Assembly (NCBI GenBank): GCA_030264375.1
Contig: JASCQW010000132.1
Location: 57,981,819 to 58,045,818 of the forward strand
Source: Carcharhinus longimanus
Taxonomy: Eukaryota
DNA length: 64,000 nucleotides
Direction of reading: 5' to 3'
In this document: positions 26,501 through 38,500 of the stretch, one piece after another
How positions within the stretch are numbered: position 1 is the stretch's first letter
How the letters are laid out: each line of letters starts with the position of its first letter
Made by a program: the position numbers and the translations under genes
The notes under the pieces: generated by a model
What the model saw: the letters and a program-made list of their open reading frames with translations, nothing else
Told to the model about the DNA's origin: nothing
The model's database searches: none

Positions 26501-29500
26501 CTGTGGGCTGACAGGCCTCTGGGTCCTGATGGACCTCACCCTATGATTGTAAAAGAGGCAGGTAATGAGCTACTAGGTACATTGGTGTTAATTTTCCAAA
26601 ATTCATGGAATTCCGAAAAGCTTCCATCAGGCCAGGGAATAGCAAATATAATCACTCTATTCAAGAAGGAAAGGAGGCAGAAAGCAGGAAACTATAGGCC
26701 AGTTAGTTTGGCGTCTGTAGTTAGGAAGGTGTTAGAATGAATCATTAAGGAGGTTATAGCTGGGTACTGAGAGAAACTCAAGGTAATGGAGAAGAGTCAG
26801 CATGGTTTTGTCAAAGGGAAATCAAACTCATCCAATTTACTGGAAGGAGTAACAAGCACTGTGGATAAAGGGGAGCCTGAAGACATGTCACAATAACTTC
26901 ATTGCAGTGTTAATGTAAACCTTACTTATCAATAAGCAAAAGTAAGCATTATGTAAGGATTCATAGCTATGACTGTCTATGATAATCTCTGACCTGGAAG
27001 CAGCAACTTTAAGGAAAATATCAAGATGCTTCGGGAATCTGAAATTTTATCCAAAATGTGGGCAAATAACGTCAAGAGTTTGTTGCATTGTAAAGAAATC
27101 AGTTGTAATTTTCTTGGAGAGTAAGAAAGACTGGACCATGTGAACCAGCAACTCCTGACCTCGAAGAAGTACCAACAGGGAGGAAGTTAAGATGCAGAAA
27201 CTGTGTGGTCAGACACAAAGAAGGGCTGCAAGACAGGAAATCTAGAGGCAGAAGGCACGTGGATAGGGACAGAAAGTAAAAGCAGAAGGACGCCAGAGAA
27301 ATCATAGAAACCCTATAGTGCAGAAATAGGCCCATAAGAACATAAGAAATAGGAGCAGGAGTAGGCCATCTAGCCCTTCGAGCCTGCCCCGCCATTCAAT
27401 AAGATCATNNNNNNNNNNNNNNNNNNNNNNNNNNNNNNNNNNNNNNNNNNNNNNNNNNNNNNNNNNNNNNNNNNNNNNNNNNNNNNNNNNNNNNNNNNNN
27501 NNNNNNNNAACTCCGTTCTAAACCGCCCCCCCTTTATCTTGAGGCTGTGCCCCCTAGTCCTAGAGACTGCACTGACAAAAATCCCACCCAGCCCTATCCC
27601 CACAACCCCACACATTTACTCTTCTAATCTACACACCCCTGGACACTATGGGCAATTTAGCATGGCCAATCCACCTAACCCACACATCTTTGGGAGGAAA
27701 CTGGAGTGGCCAGAGAAAACCCTCACAGATACAGGGCAAACTCCACACAGACCCAAGTTGGGAATCAAACCCAGGTCCCTGGAGCTGTGAGGCAGCAATG
27801 TTAACCACTGTGCCACCATGAAGTTGAGAAGATTCCAGAAAGAAATATTCCATATAGGAAGATCACATTGGTTAACTCATGACACCAACCCTGATTAAGA
27901 AAAAGCTCCTATCAGTGGAGAATTGTCTTAAATCCTTGAAGGAAAAAGACTGGAATTCTGCTGAGATAACTGTACCACTGAAACTGAGACCCTACAGATG
28001 AAATAAGGTGCTGGAGAAATCAGTGAAACAAGTTACATCTGACTGTGATTTTCTGTTAATTTACATGTAAGTTATGTTGATTTGTGTTAAAGTAAATGTT
28101 GCAAAAAGTGAAATCTTATTGATAATATTTCTATTTGTCCATTGTTTTGGAAATCTGGTTATTTCGGTTTATGGATCCCCAAAGGGATTACAACAAATTA
28201 GATGTTGTTGCCGACATTTTAATTCTTCCAAAACCTGCACCAGCACACAAAAATGCGTGCAGGAGGAAACACAATTTTCATGGGGTCTGTTCAAAATGAG
28301 GATCCTGACCTTGGGAGAGGTTGATTTTGCAATGAATGCCACCTGGATTATATCTCAAAGTACTTTTACTGAGGATCAATTTTACCCAATGTCTTCCGAA
28401 GGAGAAAGTGAAACTGGCAGATTTGCAAGGAGGTGGGGATTTGGAAAGAAAATTAAACACATCAAATCATAAACATAGCTGGTACAGATATGGCTTTCAT
28501 TCACAAGACAGAATTACCAAATTACTGTGAAGAATCATCAAGAATTAAAATGTTAGTGCATTAAAAACCAGCTATGAAAACATCTGCATCTCTTACCGTG
28601 TTCTACCAAGGTTAATAACAGATCTTGTTCCTTTGTAGCAATTAAGTCGGCCACATTGGGTGGATTGTTCAGTTCCTACATTCTTTGTTGTGTTTGAGTG
28701 AACTGCATGGTGGATTGTAGAGGTGTTTAGAGACCTACAGTCCTGGATAAGCCCTGAGAATACTTCTGGAATCTAAAATTAAAGAGACCAGGTTAACACA
28801 GTGGCACTCAACCACATAATTAGAAAGGTAATAAATTGTACAGCTGAATTTAGCAGCTCTGGGTCAGTGATAGAAACAGCCTGAATGGTTATGGAGTAGT
28901 GCAGGGGAGGGGTAGGTGGATGAGTGTAAAATTTGGACATTCGTTTCCATTCCCAATTATTGTCCTTTGACTGTTGTTCAAAGCACACAGATATGGATAA
29001 CGTGCTACAGCAGAATGTGGGAAATAGAGAAGGAAGTGTTCATGACACTGTACTATAATCCAAAGACTGTGGGGATATGGGATCTCGCCACATGGTTCAA
29101 ATCTTGCCAAAGCAGCTGGTGGAATTTAAATTCAATTGTGAATTAAATTAATTATTTTGGAATTAAAAGCTGTTCTTCAGGAAAAGAAATCTGCCATTTT
29201 CACCTGGTCTGGCCCACATGTGACTGACAATCACTGCAATGTGAGCAACTCTCTATTGCCCTCTGAAATGGCCTAGCAAGCCACTTATCTGTCCCAAGCT
29301 GCTACAGTACATTTAGGCAATTAGGGAACAAATGGGGCGGTGATTGGCCAGGACAGTGATCTGTCAGGATGGCAGCTCAGCAGCTGGCTTGCTTGGGTGA
29401 ACAGACTCCGCCCACTCCCTCTGCTGGCAAGAATCATACTTGGGCTTCCTTTTTTCCTAAGTGCCACACAATTGTGTCTGGGAGCTTGCCCAACAACTGA

Positions 29501-32500
29501 GCATGATTCTCTCCCGTCTTGACGCTCATTCAACACTTCGAATGTTTTTTGATAAGATCACCTCCTTAGAATTATTTTGTTCGGATTGCAGTCATGGTTT
29601 CACCATGCCTCGTACAGCTATAGCAAAACATTCCTCCTTTGTATTTCATTTTCCTTGCAATAAACAACAACATTCTATTAGCCTTCCTAATCACTTGCTG
29701 TACCTGCATGCTAACCTTTACCAAGAACCCTCTGTACCTCAGAGTTCCAGTACAGTCTCTTTCCATCTAAACAATCTGCTTCTTTTCGTCAAAGAGGACA
29801 AGGTTCCACATGAAACTCCTGTAAACTTTCCCACTCACTTAACCTAGACTGAGGATAAGAGATAAACCTTTTAGGATTGAGATGAGGAGAAATGTCTTCA
29901 CCCAGACAGTGGTCATTTTCACGACCACAGAAAGTAGTTGAGGCAAAAACATTGTGGGGCGATTCTCCCAAAAATATTCTAAGTGCTGAATTCATGTGAA
30001 AACTGAAGTAATTCCAGCTGGTTTTTTTGGCGTGATTTTCAGAATGAATCTCCCATACTCTGAGCACTGCAGAGTGCTAGCATGATTCACTCTGAAAATC
30101 AGTGGGTACGGCCTCTTCCCGCTGGAGNNNNNNNNNNNNNNNNNNNNNNNNNNNNNNNNNNNNNNNNNNNNNNNNNNNNNNNNNNNNNNNNNNNNNNNNN
30201 NNNNNNNNNNNNNNNNNNNNNNNNNNNCTGCAGAGTGCTAGCATGATTCACTCTGAAAATCAGTGGGTACGGCCTATTCCCGCTGGAGTAGCTGGCAGCA
30301 TAGTGCTGAGTGGACCACTGCGCATGCCCCAATCTGTCAGCGCCGTGATTGGCGCATGTGCAGTGTGGCCCCATTCTGCCAGCCTCTCAATTGTTGGCCA
30401 GCTCAATCACTGGCCAGCCCTGCAATCTTGCATTGCTTCCCCTCTGAAACTCCCACCCCTGATCGTTGACCTCCCGGACCTCTCTGGACAAACCTTGATA
30501 TGTCCCCCGACCTCGCAAGCCCCGATCTCCCTGACCCTCTTCCCCGGCAGATCAACAGCCCCAATCACCTTCTTCCCTTTCTCTGCTTGCAATCACTGTG
30601 CTGAGTGGCAGCAGGATCCCCCACCCCCACCGATTGCTCCCTATGGGCTCTGCTTCCAATAGGCCCACCCCATTGGCAATGCCTGATACATGGTGGGCAG
30701 TTTCACAGCGCCCCTTGGGCAAGGCTGGCACTTCCAGGCTAGTACTACCCAGGGAGCACCCGCGTTTTAACCCCCGACCACCTGGCGGAGGCCTCCATAG
30801 CCTCTGTTCCCTCCAGCATGGGCCGGGCTGCTTATTCCCTGTTAGTGGGGCGCAGGAGTAAACCCTGCTGGAGGGGACCACTCCTGCGTGGGTGGTTGCG
30901 GGGGGGGGGGGTGCACTAACAGGCTCGGAGATTTCAGCCTCAAGCCCACTAATGGAAATTTAAATTGAAATTTAAAAATGGAAATAAACTCCACAAAGAT
31001 TTCCGGCATGATGCTGTTGATTCCAAAAATCTTGGAGCTGGAACCACGTGGGTTGGCCCACTGCATTGCTACAGCGATGCTGGGACTGGCAGAATCGCTT
31101 TGTGTATGTTTTCAAGATGTAGTTACATATAGGTCTTAGGTCAAAAGGGATCAAAGGATATGGGGAGAAGGCGGGATCAGGCTATTCAGCTGGGTGATCA
31201 GCCATGATCATAATGAATGGCGGAGCAGGCTTGAAGGGCCAAATGGCCTACTCCTATATTCTATCTCTCTATATCCCTGGCACTGTGAGGCAGCAATGCT
31301 AATCACTGTGCCACTATGCCACCCATTTACCCTCATTTTTGTAATGATTTAGTTTAGAACAGACCTGCTTGGGTGGTATTCTGAATCTTGTATAGAACAT
31401 TAGCAGACAATAGAAGCGGTTGGAAATTAAAGATGGGATGAAAGCACTTACATTACAGGAGGAGTTATTGGTGACTTGGATTTTTCTGAGTGATGGTGCA
31501 CCAATCAAATGGCATTTTCCTTGGACTGGACCAGCCTACAGGTCGTAATTGAAACATCAATTAGCACTTGAATTATCTTCAAAGAAGAGTGCTAAGCACA
31601 ATAAATGACAGAATTCATGTTATAAAACAACACTGCATCACTTCTTGTATGATATAATTGCACTATAAATGTGGAGAAGATGATTACCCATGCCGGAATA
31701 TGGTTCCACACTAATTCAAATTGTCTATCCAATTTTTAACATTGAAATGTATTCACATGTTCAGTTGCAAAAGTGGCATGGTGGTGCAGTGGTTAGCGCT
31801 GCTGTCTCACAATTCCAGGGACCCAGGTTTGATTCCCTCCTTGTGTGTCTATCTGTGTGGAGTTTGCACGCTCTCCCTGTGTCTGCTTGGGCTTTCCCTG
31901 AGTGCTCCAGTTTGTTCCCACGGTCCGAAGATGTGCAGGTTAGGTGAATTGGCCATGATTCCCTTAGCCTGCCTGCGTGTGTGAGTGTGTGCCATGTGAT
32001 GGATTGGTGTTCTGTACTGGGTGTATCCTGCCTAACATCTAATGTTTGTTGGGATAGGCTCTGACTCCCTCAGACCCCAAATTGGAGTAAGTGGTTAGTA
32101 AAAGTGAAATGAAGGTGTTCAGTTGCAGTCAAGTACATGAATTATGCAATTAACAACTGAACTGTAGTTAAGAATGTAGTACTTTATACAGTTTTATTAT
32201 ATTTATTTCAGTCTTTTCAAAATCCTAAATTTACCTGACTTGAAATGAAGAGAATAAACAATAAATGTACAATGAAATAGCTTGCTGTGTAACAGGAAAC
32301 ATAATCTACCATAGGAAATAGTTCTGAAAAGTTGAAGAAAATTTAAATGGATGCTATTATTCTGGGTTACCTGACTTTTTGCTGCAGCATTGTTATACCA
32401 TGTGTCCCAGTACAGGCCATGTAACAAGACACTAAAACTCCAATTCCACCAATCATCAACTGTTTTCATATTTATGAAAGGAAATTTTTCATTCCTAGAT

Positions 32501-35500
32501 AGGAAAATAAAAACAACCTCAAGTACAAAGTAAATTGGCATAAATTATCTTTTAGAATTACATTTTTTCTCCAAGCATATTCTATTTTTTTCCAACTGTA
32601 AACTAATAGCCAAATTTCTATATCATTGATGCTGCAGGGATATGGTGAGTGGTTCATCTCCTGACCTCTCCACCACTTCCAAGGAATAAGTCAGGAATAG
32701 GTCGGCACATACTCCACTTGCCTAGATGGGTGCAAATTCAAAAACTTCCAAGAACTTGCTCTCTATCCAAGGCAGCATTCCATTGATTGGCATGTCAACC
32801 TCTGGCTTAAACATCTACTATCTGAGTATCATGAAAACTACCTACTGAAAGCAGTACCTTGCCATGGCTTCTTCTGCAGCACCTCACAAATTCATAAGCT
32901 AAACTACCTGAAAGAACCAAGCCAACATGTGCATAGGATCACTGTCACCTCAAAGTTTTCCTCCAAGTCACACACTATTCATACTCGGGCATATCTCACC
33001 ATACTTTTATTACCAATGGCTCAAAATTCAGAAATTCTCTCCCTAACAGCACTGTGGGAACACGTCCAACATACAAATGGATTCAGTTTAAGAAGACAGC
33101 TCCCTACCTTCTCCAGGACAATAAGGGACAGGAAATAAATAGACATGCCAGCAATGTACGCACACCAATGGATTTCAAAACCGAAGGTTCAACATAATAA
33201 TTTCAATAACCGTAGCTGTCAAGAAATTTAGCAGCATGTTTTAGAGTGAAGAATACCATTCAAAACTTTAAAATCCAATACAATACAATGAAAAAGTTCT
33301 CAAAAAACTCATAACTCAACATAAATATTTCAGACTGTTTACCAACATAAGGGAAAAAAAATGAATTGAGTTATTTATCTCATCACTGTTGTGGACCTTG
33401 CCATATGCAAAGTGCAGGTATATGTTCCTTCCCAATAATATCCACTGTAATGCCAACCAATTCATTGTATAGAACATTAATTTGGAAATACCTGTACTTG
33501 AGAAATGTGATAAGATAGTATATAAATGTAAGTCCTTTTACTTCACTCCATCTCTGTAAGCTACCTAATGACAAAAATTGCATTTGCATTTGAAACACTA
33601 TAGAGCGTGAAAGAGTAAATAGTTGCCATAGGAATATAGGAATTAGGAGCAGAAGCAGGCAAATTCAGCCCATCGAGCGGCTTCGCCATTCGATCAGATC
33701 ATGGCTGATCTCTCCCTGGTCTCAAATCCACCTCCCTCTATTCCCCGTATTCACTTATCCCTTTTTTTATTAGAAACATATTTACCTCATAGCACCGCCA
33801 TGTACAAATAACAATTCCTCAGGAGTAAACAGCACTATTTGTCATTGGGGAATTGAGGAATTGCTATGCACCTCCACATATTTCTCTCCCAGTAAATCAA
33901 GTAGGCAGCACCCAGAAATGTGCCCTGAATCAATATGCAGAAGACAATACTTGTGTGAATGAAGATGGACTAATAACCACTTGGCTGCCATCAAAATAGT
34001 GCTGTGTTTTTGGTAATGGACTCATACTGTGGAAAATTGTGAAAATGAATTGAATAAATGTGAACGAAAAGCAAGCATGCAGGAAATACCCAGCAGGTCG
34101 GGCAGCATCTGTGAAGAGNNNNNNNNNNNNNNNNNNNNNNNNNNNNNNNNNNNNNNNNNNNNNNNNNNNNNNNNNNNNNNNNNNNNNNNNNNNNNNNNNN
34201 NNNNNNNNNNNNNNNNNNCAGCAGGTCGGGCAGCATCTGTGAAGAGAAACAAGATTTTAGGTCAAGAAAACCTTTCATCACAAATGTGTTAATCCCTGAG
34301 GTAGTACCCAGAGAAAAATTACAATGAAAGCTTCCAGGTTATCATAAAAACCCAACTGCTTATGGTTGTGTCATTTCCTTAAAAAAAGGTGATTGACCTG
34401 AAACAGTAACTTGTTTATCTCAACTCAGATACTGCCTGAATGCTAAATGTTTCCATTATTTTCTGTTTTTATTTCAGATTTCCAGTTTCCAGAGTATTTT
34501 GCTTTGGTTTAAATCAGAAATAGGCTGGCATGATGGCACAGCGGTTCCTTCTTCAATCTTCTCAAGCACTACGTCCTACAGCACACCCTGTGTTGTGGCA
34601 ATTCTAATCTACATCCCACCTATTTCCTTAACTATGCTATTTCTTACAAAATCCTGTTTCACCTTCAAATAGATCTCCTCAAAACCTATCTCAAAGATTG
34701 TTTAGTCACATGTCCTAATGGTTCTCTTACTTCTATTTTTTTTCCCCACCAGGAGCTCTCCCACATCATTGCATTGAGATAAATGGGAGCAGTATGGTGG
34801 CACAGTGGTTAGCACTGCTGCCTCACGGCACCAGAAACCCAGGTTAAATTCGGGCCCTGGGTGACTGTGTGGAGTTTACACATTCTCCTTGTGTCTGCAT
34901 TGGTTTCCTCCCGGTGTTTGGGTAAGATGCTCTTTCGGAGAGTTGAGGTAGACTCAATGGGCTGAATGGCCTCCTTCTGCACTGTAGGAATTCTATGGTT
35001 CTAGATGCCCTTATTTTCCAACTTATTTTTACTTTAATGGACTTGAGTAACAAGTGCAAAATCGAACCAGACTGCCATACCTGGTAAACTCCACTCGAAT
35101 GGCTTGGTTGAGGTAATATTCATCTTTGGAAAATTTGCCAAATGTGATCAACAGGAGCAGAATCAGCATGACAATGTAGAGCGCAAATTCTCTGCAGTTA
35201 GACAAAATAATGACATTTTGATTTTGAAATACTGTAACTTTAGCATTATGTCAAAAAAAGATCTGCTGGTGCAAAATAACCAGAAATTACAGGTAGTTAA
35301 GCAAATGGGATTTTCAAAACTCGAACAATATTTTAGAAAAAAACGATGCCATACTGTAATGCCTGTTGAATGAGGCTCTGTTTTCTCATACGATCTTTGG
35401 CTTCTTTAAGTTGTGCAAGAGTTGGTGGCCGAGCTAATCGTAAATAGCGAGCCCTTTGACGAGCAGCAACAATCTGGCAAAAATGCAGAAACTATTATTA

Positions 35501-38500
35501 AATGACTAAGAGAATGTGAAAGTTAAATTCTGATTCAAAGTAATACATATTTACTGCAGGATATTTTTGCAAACAAACATATTCCATTTCAATATGCAAT
35601 AGAGCACCAATGGCTAAAATTTAATTCCGGACGGGGAATGGGGGGGATTTGTAATTCATGATCTGTCTGCACCAGAGGCTGCTGAGGCAGACAGCATGCT
35701 GATTTGGTGCCTCTTTCTCATTTCCATGATTACAGTATTCAGAGAAGGAATGTCTTGTGAAAAGAATTAGGGCAGTTAACTATGGAAGCTAACTTCCAGA
35801 ATTAATGTCCTTTGGGTGACCAAAAACTTAAATGAAACCACGAGTAATCCAAAGCCAGACAAAAGCTTCTTGTAACTAGCACAATTCCTCCAGACTGTTC
35901 ATTATAATCTTCTTCAGCCTCTCAGTTGAGTGTTACGCGTCACTTCGAGAAACCCTGGCTCCACTTAGGGCAATTCGTTGCATAATGATATTTCACCTCA
36001 CCTCTGATACATCTTTTATCTGTTCCCTGGCCATTCCTGGAGTTCATTTACCTAACATTACTACTCCAATCCTGTTCTCTGCTATGATATCCAGATCAGC
36101 TAAAAAATGATTTCATCCACATTTGTTCTGTCTGAACATCTCTATACTGATGCCTGTGTCCACTATCTGGACTACCTCAAAATGCCACAATTAGTGAGTC
36201 CTCCAGTCTTTGGGACACTGTAGGATGTCACATTTATTCCATCAAGGCTGCTAGAAATGGCTGCTTCCACAGGATGTTTTCAAGGAAGCAGAGATATAAT
36301 CCATAAAAGGAGTCTCTTTCCGAGAACCCCAGTTAACCAGCAGCCTATCTATACATAACATTTTATCACAATCCAGTAATTCAACTAGTGCCGAATCTCC
36401 AAATTGAATTTTCTGCAATATCTTGATCTGTGCCTTGTAGATGGTGGACTGGCTTTGGGGTGTCAGAAGGTGGGATATTCGCCACAGGATTTGTAGCTTC
36501 TGACCTGCTCTTGTAACCACAGTATTTGGTATAGCTAATCCAGTTCAGTTTCTGGTCAACGGTAACTCCTAGGTTGTGGGAGATTCAGTGATAGTAATGT
36601 CATTAAATGGCAAGGGCTGTTGGAGATGGTTATTGTCTGGCAGTTGTGTGGCACGGATGTCATTTGCTACACTCAGCCCATGCCTAGATATTGTCCAGTC
36701 CTTGCTGCATTATGACAGTGGACTGTTTCATTATTTGAGAAGTCATGATTGCTACGGAACATTGCACAATCATCAATGACAATCTCCACTTCTGACCTTA
36801 TGAATGGAAGGAAGATCATTGATGAAGTAGCTGAAGATGGTTGTGTCTAGGATACTACCCTGAGGAACACCTGCAGTGATGACCTGGAACTGAGATGACT
36901 GACCTTCAACCACACAACCATTTTTGTTTGTGCCAATGAAGAGATTCCAACCCACCCCTCCCCACTCCTGGCGAATCCCATTAATCCCAATTTTGCTGGG
37001 GCTCCTTGATGTCACACTCGGTCAAATGCTGCCTTGATGACTCTNNNNNNNNNNNNNNNNNNNNNNNNNNNNNNNNNNNNNNNNNNNNNNNNNNNNNNNN
37101 NNNNNNNNNNNNNNNNNNNNNNNNNNNNNNNNNNNNNNNNNNNNNNNNNNNNNNNNNNNNNNNNNNNNNNNNNNNNNNNNNNNNNNNNNNNNNNNNNNNN
37201 NNNNNNNNNNNNNNNNNNNNNNNNNNNNNNNNNNNNNNNNNNNNNNNNNNNNNNNNNNNNNNNNNNNNNNNNNNNNNNNNNNNNNNNNNNNNNNNNNNNN
37301 NNNNNNNNNNNNNNNNNNNNNNNNNNNNNNNNNNNNNNNNNNNNNNNNNNNNNNNNNNNNNNNNNNNNNNNNNNNNNNNNNNNNNNNNNNNNNNNNNNNN
37401 NNNNNNNNNNNNNNNNNNNNNNNNNNNNNNNNNNNNNNNNNNNNNNNNNNNNNNNNNNNNNNNNNNNNNNNNNNNNNNNNNNNNNNNNNNNNNNNNNNNN
37501 NNNNNNNNNNNNNNNNNNNNNNNNNNNNNNNNNNNNNNNNNNNNNNNNNNNNNNNNNNNNNNNNNNNNNNNNNNNNNNNNNNNNNNNNNNNNNNNNNNNN
37601 NNNNNNNNNNNNNNNNNNNNNNNNNNNNNNNNNNNNNNNNNNNNNNNNNNNNNNNNNNNNNNNNNNNNNNNNNNNNNNNNNNNNNNNNNNNNNNNNNNNN
37701 NNNNNNNNNNNNNNNNNNNNNNNNNNNNNNNNNNNNNNNNNNNNNNNNNNNNNNNNNNNNNNNNNNNNNNNNNNNNNNNNNNNNNNNNNNNNNNNNNNNN
37801 NNNNNNNNNNNNNNNNNNNNNNNNNNNNNNNNNNNNNNNNNNNNNNNNNNNNNNNNNNNNNNNNNNNNNNNNNNNNNNNNNNNNNNNNNNNNNNNNNNNN
37901 NNNNNNNNNNNNNNNNNNNNNNNNNNNNNNNNNNNNNNNNNNNNNNNNNNNNNNNCACTGAATCCCCCACTGTTAACATCCTTGGAGTTACCATTGACCA
38001 GAAACTCAACTGAACTCACCACATAAGCATAATTGCTACAACAGCAGGTCAGAGACTAGGAATACTGCACCAAGTAACTTACCTCCTGACTCCCCAAAGC
38101 CTATCCACCAAGGCACAATTCAGGAGTCTGATGGAATACTCCCCACTTGCCTGAATGGCTGCAGCTCCAACAACACTTAAGATGCTTGACACCATCTAGG
38201 ACAAAGTAGCCCCCGTCATAGGCACTACATCTACAAACATTCAATCCCTCCACCATCGAAACTCAGCAGCAGCAGTGTGTACGACCTACATGATGCATTG
38301 CAGCAATTCACCAAAGATCCTTAGCAGCACCTTCCAAACCCATGACCGCTTCCATCTAGAAGGATAAGCGCAGCAGATAAATGGGAACACCACCACCTGC
38401 AAGTTCTCCTCCAAACTACTCACCATCCCGATTTGGAAATATATCACCGTTCCTTCGCAATTGCTGGGTCAAAATCCTGGAATTCCTATCGCTTCATGGG

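Noticed and set aside
28074-28472. 132-aa plus-strand ORF as a possible nested antisense gene
   Set aside because: No motif, no splice partners and no consistent plus-strand exon chain anywhere in the window.
30067-30290. Direct repeats flanking 100-N gaps (also 34091-34246 and 49780-49983)
   Set aside because: Typical unmerged contig overlaps at scaffold gaps, not biological tandem repeats.
36981-38026. ORFs of 330-342 aa, and similar ORFs at 44714, 51384, 30102 and 3974
   Set aside because: They are open only because they run through N-gaps.
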